A stretch of DNA of 64,000 nt from Erythrobacter sp. (GTDB lineage Bacteria; Pseudomonadota; Alphaproteobacteria; Sphingomonadales; Sphingomonadaceae): assembly GCA_036350735.1 (NCBI GenBank), contig JAZBNR010000065.1, forward strand, positions 2,617 to 66,616, given 5' to 3'. Positions 41,202 to 49,736 of the stretch are shown here, piece after piece; position 1 is the first letter of the stretch; each line of letters begins with the position of its first letter. A program made the translations under genes and the position numbers. The notes beneath the pieces were generated by a model. The model did no database searches, had not been told where the DNA came from, and saw only the letters and a program-made list of their open reading frames with translations.

Positions 41202-42217
41202 AATGGTTCTGGCGCATCGCGGTCGCTCTCGTGGCGGTGCTCGTGATCCTCTTCCTCGTCTTCCGCACGCCGGACACCGATCCGGCCGTGATGCGCGCCA
41301 AATATGGCGCGCCGCCCTCGCAATTCGTCGAGATCGGTGACGGTGTCGAGGTTCACCTGCGCGATCAGGGGCCGCGCGATGGCGACCTGCCGCCTATCGT
41401 GCTGCTTCACGGCTCCAACGCCGATCTGCACACCTGGGATCCGTGGGTCAGCGACCTGGCACGCGACCATCGCGTGATCCGGTTCGATCAGGTCGGCCAT
41501 GGCCTTACCGGGCCTGACCCGGCGGGCGATTACAGCCGCGAGAACTACGCGAGCGACATCGCCGAGGTGCTCGACGCGCTGGGCGTCGGCCAAGCGATCA
41601 TCGCGGGCAATTCGATGGGCGGCAAGCACGCGCTCGCCTTTGCGGTGGCCTATCCCGAGCGGGTCGCCGGGCTGATCCTCGTCGATGCAAGCGGGCCTCC
41701 CATGCCCGAAGACCCCGCAAGCGATGAAGAGGATGATGGCGGCAATATCGGCTTCGCGATCGCGCAGACCCCCGGCATCAACCGGATCGTCGAGCAGATC
41801 ACCCCGCGCAGCCTGATCGCACAGAGCCTTGAGCAGAGCGTCTCAGTCAAGTCGGTGGTCACCGAGGAGGCAGTCGATCGCTATTGGGAGCTGCTGCGTT
41901 ATCCGGGTAATCGCGCGGCGACCATGAAGCGGTTCTCCTCGCCCTACGATCCGCTGACACGCGAGGAAATCGCGGGCATCACCGCGCCGACGCTGATCCT
42001 GTGGGGGGAGGAGGATCGGCTGATCCCGCTTGCTGCCGGGCGCTGGCTGGAACAGGCGATGCCCGATGCCCGGCTTGTCGCCTTTCCCGCGATCGGCCAC
42101 CTGCCGCACGAGGAGGCGCCCGAGGCGACGCTTGCAAGCGTGCGCGATTGGCTGTCGAACCTTGAAACCCCTATCCAAGCGCGCGAAGAGTCGCTTATAC
42201 CATCCAGCGATAGCTAA
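41198..42217 (+). CDS. Membrane-anchored alpha/beta hydrolase
   Basis: N-terminal TM, LLHG, GNSMGG, WGEED, GHLPHEE; overlaps the cytochrome stop. Confidence 0.88.
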   Translation: MKWFWRIAVALVAVLVILFLVFRTPDTDPAVMRAKYGAPPSQFVEIGDGVEVHLRDQGPRDGDLPPIVLLHGSNADLHTWDPWVSDLARDHRVIRFDQVGHGLTGPDPAGDYSRENYASDIAEVLDALGVGQAIIAGNSMGGKHALAFAVAYPERVAGLILVDASGPPMPEDPASDEEDDGGNIGFAIAQTPGINRIVEQITPRSLIAQSLEQSVSVKSVVTEEAVDRYWELLRYPGNRAATMKRFSSPYDPLTREEIAGITAPTLILWGEEDRLIPLAAGRWLEQAMPDARLVAFPAIGHLPHEEAPEATLASVRDWLSNLETPIQAREESLIPSSDS

Positions 42218-42273
42218 GGCGCTGGGTCCTGGCTGCATCTTCCTGAAGCGCATACCTGATCCGGGGGCTGATT

Positions 42274-42978
42274 TTGCGAAAACTGGGACTGATCGGGGGG
42301 ATGAGCTGGGTCTCCACCGGCATTTACTACGATCGCATCAATCGCATCGTTCAGCGGCGTGCCGCGCCCATGGCCAGCGCGCCGCTGCTGATCGAAAGCC
42401 TCGATTTCGCCCAGCTGTATGCCCTTCACCAGAAGGAGGACTGGCGCCGCGCTGCGGGCGTCCTCTCCGAAAGCGCGAAGCGGCTCGAAGGAGCAGGTGC
42501 GGGCGCGCTCATCATCGGCGCCAATTCGATGCACAAGCTTTATGACGATGTCGCCGCTTCGGTTGACATCCCGATCCTGCATATCGCCGACCATGTCGGG
42601 CGTGCGTTGCGCGAGGCGGGCCATACCAACGCGGCGCTGCTCGGCACGCGCAACGTCATGACAGAGAGCTTTTACAGGAAGCGTCTTGTCGCGCAGGGGC
42701 TCGATCTGCTGCCGCCCGACATGGCCAATGTCGATGCGCTCGATTCGATCATCTACGATGAGCTGATGGTCGGCAAGGTCAGCCGCGATGCCCAGCGCGC
42801 CTTGAAGACGATGATCACCAACAAGTCGCAGGAAGGCGCTGAGGCGATCATCCTCGCCTGCACCGAACTCAATCTCGTCGTTGATGTCGATGCCAATGTC
42901 CTGCCGGTGTTCGATTCGACACGCATCCACTGCGAGGCGGCGGCAAACTTCATTCTCGAAGAGGAACTGGTCGGCTGA
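42274..42978 (+). CDS. Aspartate/glutamate racemase family (YgeA/RacX-like)
   Basis: LGLIGGMSWVST, ANSMH, LLGT, ACTEL; TTG start. Confidence 0.85.
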   Translation: MRKLGLIGGMSWVSTGIYYDRINRIVQRRAAPMASAPLLIESLDFAQLYALHQKEDWRRAAGVLSESAKRLEGAGAGALIIGANSMHKLYDDVAASVDIPILHIADHVGRALREAGHTNAALLGTRNVMTESFYRKRLVAQGLDLLPPDMANVDALDSIIYDELMVGKVSRDAQRALKTMITNKSQEGAEAIILACTELNLVVDVDANVLPVFDSTRIHCEAAANFILEEELVG

Positions 42979-43308
42979 ATCTTCGATTGGTCGCTCATCG
43001 AGCACAATCTGACGCATCTGAAGCACTTCCTTGATGCAATCGCGATGCCGCTGCCTAGGTGCGCCGCATCACATCGTCATCGAACTGTCACCGGCCGCGG
43101 TCGAGACAAGTTCGGGCTCTCGGGTCGCAATCCGATTGCCCTGTGAGGCCGTCCGTCACCCCCCCAATGCACCCGGCGGGCGGCCTCATTAACCACGTCG
43201 CTTCCCGCCCTGGTCCGCATCCGGGAAGGTTGCAAGCGCGCGCAGTTCGGTGAGATTCACGAAGTGTTCCTGTTGAGATGGGCGTCGCGCTGACCTAATC
43301 GCGAGAGC

Positions 43309-44502
43309 GTGATGACCCGTGCGCCTTATGCCGCCGATCCGACGGCCCATCGCGGCCGAGAATTTGCGGCCGACGGGACACGCGCCCCGGCCGAGCCTGC
43401 GCGCGGGATCGAACGCCGCGGACCTCGCAGCGACTTCCAGCGCGACCGCGATCGGATCATCCATTCGATGAGCTTCCGGCGCCTGAAGTCCAAGACGCAG
43501 GTCTTCATCGCGCCCGAAGGCGATCATTACCGCACGAGGCTCACCCACAGCATCGAGGTCGCGCAGATCGGCCGGGTGATGGCGCGCGCGCTCGGGCTCG
43601 ACGAGGATCTGACCGAGGCGCTGTGCCTCGCGCACGATCTGGGCCACCCGCCGTTCGGCCATGCGGGAGAGGCGGCGCTCTCGGAGGCGATGGAGCGCCA
43701 CGGCGGCTTTTGCCACAATGCACAGGCGCTGCGCACCGTGATGCGGATCGAGAGCCCCTATCCGATGCACGAGGGACTCAATCTCACCTGGGACTTGCTC
43801 GAAGGGCTTGCGAAGCACAATGGCCCGATCGACGCGCCGGGCTGGGCCCTCGCCGAGCTTGATGCGGACTTCCCGCTCGATCTCGGGACGTGGCCCTCGC
43901 TCGAGGCGCAGATCGCCGCAGTTTCGGACGACATCGCCTATGACAATCACGACATCGACGATGGGCTTCGCGCGGGGTTCCTAACGCTTGACGAGCTGCT
44001 CGAGCTCGATTTCCTCGCGGACCAGTGGCGGGCGGTCGAAAAGCGCTTTCCCCGCGCCCCGCAGGATCGTCTGTTGCGCGAGCTGGTGCGCGATCAGATC
44101 GGGCTGATGGTCAACGATGTGCTCGAACACACCCGCGGGCAGGTAAAGGGAATGGTTTCGGTGAGCGAGGTGCGAGAGGCGGGGCGGCAGCTGGCGGGGT
44201 TCTCGCCGGGGATGGCCAAGGCCGAGCGCGGCCTCAAGGCCTTCATGTATGAAAAGCTCTATTACCACCCTGAGCAGGTCGCCGCCTCGCAGCGCGCGAG
44301 GGATGTGGTCGGCAGGCTGTTTGCAGCCTATTCGCAGGATGTCTCGCTGATGCCTGAAGCGTGGCGCGCCAAGCTGCCCGAGCATGATCCGCAGCGCTCG
44401 CGCGTGATTGCCGATTTCATCGCGGGCATGAGCGACAAGTTTGCGATCGAGCAATGCAGCGCGATCTATGGCGAGCGCCCGCGGGGTCTGTCGAATGTCT
44501 GA
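43309..44502 (+). CDS. dgt: Deoxyguanosinetriphosphate triphosphohydrolase-like HD protein
   Basis: FQRDRDRIIHS, RTRLTHS, HDLGHPPFGHAGE, DDIAY, DFIAGMSD. Confidence 0.92.
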   Translation: MMTRAPYAADPTAHRGREFAADGTRAPAEPARGIERRGPRSDFQRDRDRIIHSMSFRRLKSKTQVFIAPEGDHYRTRLTHSIEVAQIGRVMARALGLDEDLTEALCLAHDLGHPPFGHAGEAALSEAMERHGGFCHNAQALRTVMRIESPYPMHEGLNLTWDLLEGLAKHNGPIDAPGWALAELDADFPLDLGTWPSLEAQIAAVSDDIAYDNHDIDDGLRAGFLTLDELLELDFLADQWRAVEKRFPRAPQDRLLRELVRDQIGLMVNDVLEHTRGQVKGMVSVSEVREAGRQLAGFSPGMAKAERGLKAFMYEKLYYHPEQVAASQRARDVVGRLFAAYSQDVSLMPEAWRAKLPEHDPQRSRVIADFIAGMSDKFAIEQCSAIYGERPRGLSNV

Positions 44503-45256
44503 TCTGCGGCGCGGGGGCATTATGGACGATAATGCTGACCTGCCTCGGGCACGGGGCGAAAAGGCTCCGGTGCGCATCGGCCTCGTCGGGGCGACCGGTC
44601 TTCTCGGGCGCACGCTCATCGAGATCACCTCGGCGGGCGATCATGCGCGCATCGTGGGCATTGCGCGGCGCGAGATCGCGATGCCGCCGGGCGCCCGCAT
44701 GGAGCTGTTCGTGGCCGATCCTGCCAAATGGGGCGAGGTGCTAGAGGCGGTGCGGCCGCGCGCGCTGATCTGCGCGCTGGGCACAACGTGGAGGAAGGCC
44801 GGGCGCGATGCCGAGGGTTTCCGCGCGGTCGACCAGACGCTGATCGTGGACACCGCGAAGGCGGCCAAGGCTGCGGGCATTCCCAACCTCGTGCTTGTCA
44901 GCGCAGCGGGGGCTTCGGTGCGCTCCAGAAACCTCTATTTCCAGATCAAGGGCGAGACCGAGACTCTGGTCACCAAGATCGGCTTCAAGCGGCTCGACAT
45001 TCTGCGCCCCGGCCTCCTGCGCGGCGAGCGCGAAGGCGATTTCCGCCCGCTCGAGCGCGCCGCGCTGGCGCTGAGCCCGGTGATCGATCCACTGCTCAAG
45101 GGCAGCTGGGAGATGTTCCGGTCGGTCGATGCGCGGCTGGTGGCGCAAGCCGCGCTGGGGCTCGCGATGCGGCGAGCGGCGGGGCGTTTCACCCACGACA
45201 ACGAGGCGATGCGCCGCGCCGCGCGGGAGTGGCGCCGGGCGACGGGAGAGGAATGA
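44495..45256 (+). CDS. NAD(P)-binding atypical SDR (YraR/TIP30-like)
   Basis: GATGLLG, CALGTT, VSAAGA, RPGLL; overlaps the dgt stop. Confidence 0.8.
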   Translation: MSDLRRGGIMDDNADLPRARGEKAPVRIGLVGATGLLGRTLIEITSAGDHARIVGIARREIAMPPGARMELFVADPAKWGEVLEAVRPRALICALGTTWRKAGRDAEGFRAVDQTLIVDTAKAAKAAGIPNLVLVSAAGASVRSRNLYFQIKGETETLVTKIGFKRLDILRPGLLRGEREGDFRPLERAALALSPVIDPLLKGSWEMFRSVDARLVAQAALGLAMRRAAGRFTHDNEAMRRAAREWRRATGEE

Positions 45257-45266
45257 TGGAGATGCG

Positions 45267-45716
45267 ATGATGGATTGGCCGCTCGTCTTCAACGCGGTGA
45301 ACTTGGCGGCGCTCGTCGCCTGGGCGCTGCTGATCCTCGCGCCGCGCTGGCCCGCTTTGCTCTCGGGCATTCTCTATCTCGGCGTCGGCGGGCTATGCGC
45401 GCTGTATGCGGCGTTGCTCGTCAGCGCGCTCACGGGATTGATCCCCTCGGGCGCGGGCGGCGCGGATTTCACCACGATCGCCGGCATCCGCGCAATCTTC
45501 GCGAGCGATGCGGGCGTGGTGATCGGCTGGACGCACTATCTTGCCTTTGATCTGTTCGTCGGCCTGTGGATCGCGCGCGATGCGGATGCCAAATTCTTCT
45601 CCCGCCTGGTGCAGGCGCCGATCCTCGTCGCGACCTTCATGGCAGGGCCGCTCGGCCTCATCATCTGGCTCCTGATCCGCGAGCCGCGGGCTCGCGCGAA
45701 AGGTCGGTTTTCCTAG
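45267..45716 (+). CDS. ABA4-like (DUF4281) membrane protein
   Basis: GWTHYLAFDLFVG and FMAGPLG; four TM segments. Confidence 0.85.
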   Translation: MMDWPLVFNAVNLAALVAWALLILAPRWPALLSGILYLGVGGLCALYAALLVSALTGLIPSGAGGADFTTIAGIRAIFASDAGVVIGWTHYLAFDLFVGLWIARDADAKFFSRLVQAPILVATFMAGPLGLIIWLLIREPRARAKGRFS

Positions 45717-45784
45717 CGGCAAGTGGCTGGACGAAGCGATCGGACCTGCTAGTCTTGCGCCCAACGATGGGAGAGAGAGGCCCG

Positions 45785-47377
45785 ATGACCACCAGCGAGA
45801 TGACCGCCCCTGCCAAGAGCGATCAGGCGGCCGAGGATTACCTCACCTTCGACGAGCATCTCACTCATTGGGCGAAGGCGCGCCCCGATGGGGTCGCGCT
45901 GCAGGAAGGCGAGCGGATCACCACCTATGCCGAGGCCGATCGGCTGACGCGGCAGCTCGTGGCTCAGTTGCGATCCAAGGGCATCGCGCAAGGGGACCGG
46001 ATCGCCTGGCTGGGCAAGAACTCGGACCGATATTTCCTGCTACTCTATGCCTGCGGGCGAATGGGCGCGGTGATGGCCCCGATCGGCTGGCGCCTCGCCC
46101 CGCGCGAAATCGGCTATATCCTGAGCGACACCGAGGCGAAGCTGGTGATCGCCGGCGGGGATTTTGTCGCCAGCGCTGAGCAGGTCGCCGGCGGCATGGA
46201 TGATGGCCCAGCGGTGGTCGAGGCTGAAAACTTCTTCGCTGCCGCAGCGGGGCTCGAGCCGGCCAGCATCGATCCCATCGATCCCGATGAGCCGGTGCTC
46301 CAGCTTTACACCTCGGGGACCACGGGCAATCCTAAGGGGGCGCAGCTTTCCAACCGCAATTTGTTCGGCCTGCGCGGGCCGGGCGCACGCGCGGGGCTCG
46401 AATATCTCGATTATGAGCCCGATGACTGTATCTTGTGCGTCATGCCCATCGCCCATATCGGCGGGACGGGTGTCGGCGTGATCGGCATGTCGAGCGGGGT
46501 GCGCTCGCTGGTCCAGCCCGAATTCACGCCTGTCGGCCTGATCGAGGCGGTCAAGGATGGGGCGACGCACATGTTTCTCGTGCCTGCGGCGGTCCAGATG
46601 GCGATCCAGCACCCGCTTGCGGCCGAGACCGATTTTTCCGGGCTGCGCTATCTCATGTACGGCGCCGCGCCGATGCCGCTCGAGCTTTTGAAGCAGGCCG
46701 TGCGCACCATGCCGCAGACGGGCTTCATGCAGGTCTACGGGATGACCGAGACCACCGGGACAGTCACCTATCTTCCGCCCGAGGATCATGACGTCGAGGG
46801 CAACGATCGGATGCGCTCTGCGGGCAAGGCGCTGCCGGGGGTCAAGATCGAGGTACGCGGACCGGACAACAAGGAGCTGCCGCGCGGCGAGATTGGGGAG
46901 GTGTGCATCCTCTCGCCCTCCAATACCAAGGGCTATTGGAAGCTCCCCGAGGCGACCGCAAGCACGATCGACCCCGACGGCTGGCTCCACACCGGAGATG
47001 CCGGGATCATGGACAATGATGGCTATGTCTACATCCAGGACCGGATCAAGGACATGATCATTTCGGGGGGTGAGAATGTCTATCCCGCCGAGGTCGAGAG
47101 CGCGATCTACGGGCACCCGGCGGTGGCTGAGGTCGCCGTGATCGGCGTGCCGAGCGAGAAATGGGGCGAGGAGGTCAAGGCTTGCGTCGTGCCGAAGACC
47201 GGCATGGAGATCGATGCGAACGACGTCATCGCCTATGCCCGTGAGCGGATCGCAGCTTTCAAGGCCCCGAAGAGCGTCGATGTGATCCCCGAAATGCCTC
47301 GCAACGCCTCGGGCAAGATCCTGCGCCGCCAATTGCGCGCGCCATACTGGGAGGGCCGCGAACGGCAGGTGAACTGA
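45785..47377 (+). CDS. Long-chain fatty acid-CoA ligase
   Basis: YTSGTTGNPKG, YGMTE, WLHTGD, DRIKDMIISGGENVYP. Confidence 0.92.
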   Translation: MTTSEMTAPAKSDQAAEDYLTFDEHLTHWAKARPDGVALQEGERITTYAEADRLTRQLVAQLRSKGIAQGDRIAWLGKNSDRYFLLLYACGRMGAVMAPIGWRLAPREIGYILSDTEAKLVIAGGDFVASAEQVAGGMDDGPAVVEAENFFAAAAGLEPASIDPIDPDEPVLQLYTSGTTGNPKGAQLSNRNLFGLRGPGARAGLEYLDYEPDDCILCVMPIAHIGGTGVGVIGMSSGVRSLVQPEFTPVGLIEAVKDGATHMFLVPAAVQMAIQHPLAAETDFSGLRYLMYGAAPMPLELLKQAVRTMPQTGFMQVYGMTETTGTVTYLPPEDHDVEGNDRMRSAGKALPGVKIEVRGPDNKELPRGEIGEVCILSPSNTKGYWKLPEATASTIDPDGWLHTGDAGIMDNDGYVYIQDRIKDMIISGGENVYPAEVESAIYGHPAVAEVAVIGVPSEKWGEEVKACVVPKTGMEIDANDVIAYARERIAAFKAPKSVDVIPEMPRNASGKILRRQLRAPYWEGRERQVN

Positions 47378-47396
47378 GCCGTTCGCCGCGCCCGAG

Positions 47397-48005
47397 ATGA
47401 AACGCCACGCACCTGCCACGTTGCGCAATCGCGATGCGATCGCGCAAGTGCTCGAAGGGGAGTTGCCCGCTCGGGGAACGGTGCTGGAAATCGCCGCCGG
47501 TTCGGGCGAGCATGCGGTCTATTTTGCAGGCAGGTTCCCCTCGCTGACCTGGCAGCCCACCGATCCGGACCCGGCAGCGCTCGCCTCGATTGAAGCCTAT
47601 CGTGATGAATATTCAGGCAGGAATTGCGCGCCGCCGCTCGCGCTCGATGCGGCGCGACCTGAAGGCTGGCCTATCGCGACAGCTGATGCAATCGTGTGCA
47701 TCAACATGGTCCATATCAGTGCGTGGGAGGCGAGCGAGGGGCTGTTCGCTGGAGCTGCCCGATCATTGAGCAAATCCGAAGCGCCGCTGATTCTCTACGG
47801 CCCTTTCTACGAACAGGGAGCGGAACCGGCGCCATCGAATGTCGCATTCGATCATTCGCTGCGGGCGCGCGATCCATCCTGGGGCATCCGGTATGTCGAG
47901 GCGTTGGACGCGCTTGCCCAACGATTGGGCATGCACCGCACAGCACGCCACGCAATGCCGGCGAACAATCTGACGCTGGCCTATCGCCGCCGATCGGACG
48001 GCTAG
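47397..48005 (+). CDS. DUF938-family SAM-dependent methyltransferase
   Basis: LEIAAGSGEH, INMVHIS, YGPF, MPANN. Confidence 0.88.
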   Translation: MKRHAPATLRNRDAIAQVLEGELPARGTVLEIAAGSGEHAVYFAGRFPSLTWQPTDPDPAALASIEAYRDEYSGRNCAPPLALDAARPEGWPIATADAIVCINMVHISAWEASEGLFAGAARSLSKSEAPLILYGPFYEQGAEPAPSNVAFDHSLRARDPSWGIRYVEALDALAQRLGMHRTARHAMPANNLTLAYRRRSDG

Positions 48006-48130
48006 TCGATGGCCTTTTCGCCCGCCCGGCCAACCGATGAGATGTCTTCGCCCAAACCCTTGACGGTGTTGCAGGCGGCGGTGGTCAACAAGGCAGCACC
48101 CGCAAGCGCTGCGGCCAGAAAACGAAGCAT
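48002..48130 (-). CDS. Entericidin EcnA/B-family lipoprotein (not in the ORF track)
   Basis: MLRFLAAALAGAALLTTAACNTVKGLGEDISSVGRAGEKAID; lipobox followed by CNTxxGxGxD. Confidence 0.85.
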   Translation of the reverse strand: MLRFLAAALAGAALLTTAACNTVKGLGEDISSVGRAGEKAID

Positions 48131-48265
48131 TGCCAAACCCTTTCAAACAGCCCGGAACCGCACACCGGGCGCGCCGGCCTCCCGTCATTCTTTTGCAGCC
48201 TTAATCGAGGCTGCACAAGCGATATGCAAGTCCGGCCGCCGGGCTGAATTTGCGACAGGCTGTGC

Positions 48266-48415
48266 CTAGCCGTCGATCACATCCTCGCCTGCTTCGCCGA
48301 CGCTCTCGATATCCTCGCCCGCGCCCTGCACGGTGTTGCACGCGCTCGCCATCGCCGCGAGGCTACTGGCAGCGAGAATTGCGAGGGTGCGGCGGCTGAA
48401 TGGGGTGTGAGCCAT
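48266..48415 (-). CDS. Entericidin EcnA/B-family lipoprotein (not in the ORF track)
   Basis: MAHTPFSRRTLAILAASSLAAMASACNTVQGAGEDIESVGEAGEDVIDG; AAGGAG SD. Confidence 0.87.
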   Translation of the reverse strand: MAHTPFSRRTLAILAASSLAAMASACNTVQGAGEDIESVGEAGEDVIDG

Positions 48416-48460
48416 GGTGAACTCTCCTTCGAGTTGATTGCCTAATATCTAATCAAGCGC

Positions 48461-49375
48461 TCAAACCCCCGCTTGTTCCGGCACCGCCTTGGCCTGCCGG
48501 GCGAGCATCCGCTCGCGCACTGCGATGAGCGCGCCTGCACCGATGATGAGCGGGGCTGCGATCCATAAGGTCGCCGGCGGGGCGCGATCGAACACATACA
48601 GGCCATAGGCGGTCGCCCAGAGCAGCGAGGTGTAATCCATCAGCAGGATCACGGCAGCGGAGCCGAACCGCAGCGAGGCTGTGAGCAACAATTGGGCAAT
48701 CGCCCCGCACAAAGCCATCGCAACGATGATCGTCCAGGTCTCGCCATCATGCGGTGCGTAAAAGAAGGGCAGCGCGAGCGCAGTCAGCGGGGTTGTCAGC
48801 AGCACGAACCAGAACACGATGCTCCAGGGGGCTTCCGTCTTGTTGAGATCCTGAATCTGGAAACTGATCAGGGCAACAAGGAAAGCGGCGACGAGCCCCA
48901 CCGCAGTGCCTACTGGATCGATGCCTGCAGCTCCCGGCCGGGTGAGCAGCAAAACGCCCGCAAAACCCAGCGCGACCGCGCCCCAGCGATAGCGCCCGAC
49001 CCGCTCCTTGAAGAGAAGGACGCTCAGCAGCACCGCGAAGAAGGGGGCCGTGAAGCTCAGGGTCGTCGCCTCAGCGAGCGGCAGCAGGACGACCGCGCCA
49101 TAGACGAAGAACATCCCCGTGATGCCGTAGGCCGCGCGCAGGAAATGCGCGCCAAAACGGCGCGTGCGGACCGCTTGCAGTCGGCCAAGCGCGGCGAGCG
49201 TGGCGGTAACGACCACCAGTGTGATCGCCTGGCGCCAGAACACGAGCTCGGCAAGATGCACGCCCTTGGTGCTCGCGAGCTTCACGAGCATCGCCATGGT
49301 CGCAAGCGAGCCCGCCGTCAGCAGGCGCAGACCGAGCGCAAGGAACGGCCGGGGGCGGGCGATTGAACCATCCAT
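48461..49375 (-). CDS. DMT/EamA transporter
   Basis: About 10 TM segments; LPLAEATTLSFTAP, ERVGRYRW. Start may be 49405. Confidence 0.88.
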   Translation of the reverse strand: MDGSIARPRPFLALGLRLLTAGSLATMAMLVKLASTKGVHLAELVFWRQAITLVVVTATLAALGRLQAVRTRRFGAHFLRAAYGITGMFFVYGAVVLLPLAEATTLSFTAPFFAVLLSVLLFKERVGRYRWGAVALGFAGVLLLTRPGAAGIDPVGTAVGLVAAFLVALISFQIQDLNKTEAPWSIVFWFVLLTTPLTALALPFFYAPHDGETWTIIVAMALCGAIAQLLLTASLRFGSAAVILLMDYTSLLWATAYGLYVFDRAPPATLWIAAPLIIGAGALIAVRERMLARQAKAVPEQAGV

Positions 49376-49442
49376 CGCGCGCTCGCTTGGCGCAAGCCCA
49401 GCCATTGCGCAACCGCGCATGGGGGCTAAAGCGCGGCACAAG

Positions 49443-49685
49443 ATGGGCCTTCTGGATCAACTCGCGCTCGCAAGCGATGCCGTTCAGCTGGCGCTGGCGG
49501 GGGCCGGCTTCTGGCTGGTTGCGGTGTTCGCCGGGATCATGGAGTGGCGCCGGGGCAGGTCGCGCTCGGTCGAGCGGCTGGAGCGGGTGGGCTGGGTTCC
49601 GTGGCTCGCGATCTTCATCATGAGCGCGGTGATCGGCGGGGGTATGCTCGCGCTGAGCCTGCCGGCGGTGCTTGGCAGCCTTTAG
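49443..49685 (+). CDS. Small two-TM hypothetical protein
   Basis: MGLLDQLAL...EWRR...VGWVPW; hydrophobic pattern. Confidence 0.65.
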   Translation: MGLLDQLALASDAVQLALAGAGFWLVAVFAGIMEWRRGRSRSVERLERVGWVPWLAIFIMSAVIGGGMLALSLPAVLGSL

Positions 49686-49736
49686 GCGTTTGATGGCGCG
49701 ACAGCGCGCCGGTCGTTCAGGCCTTGCCTTCTGCCC

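Noticed and set aside
43309-44502. Anti-phage dGTPase
   Set aside because: Short housekeeping-type alphaproteobacterial dgt in a core-gene context with no defence-island neighbours.
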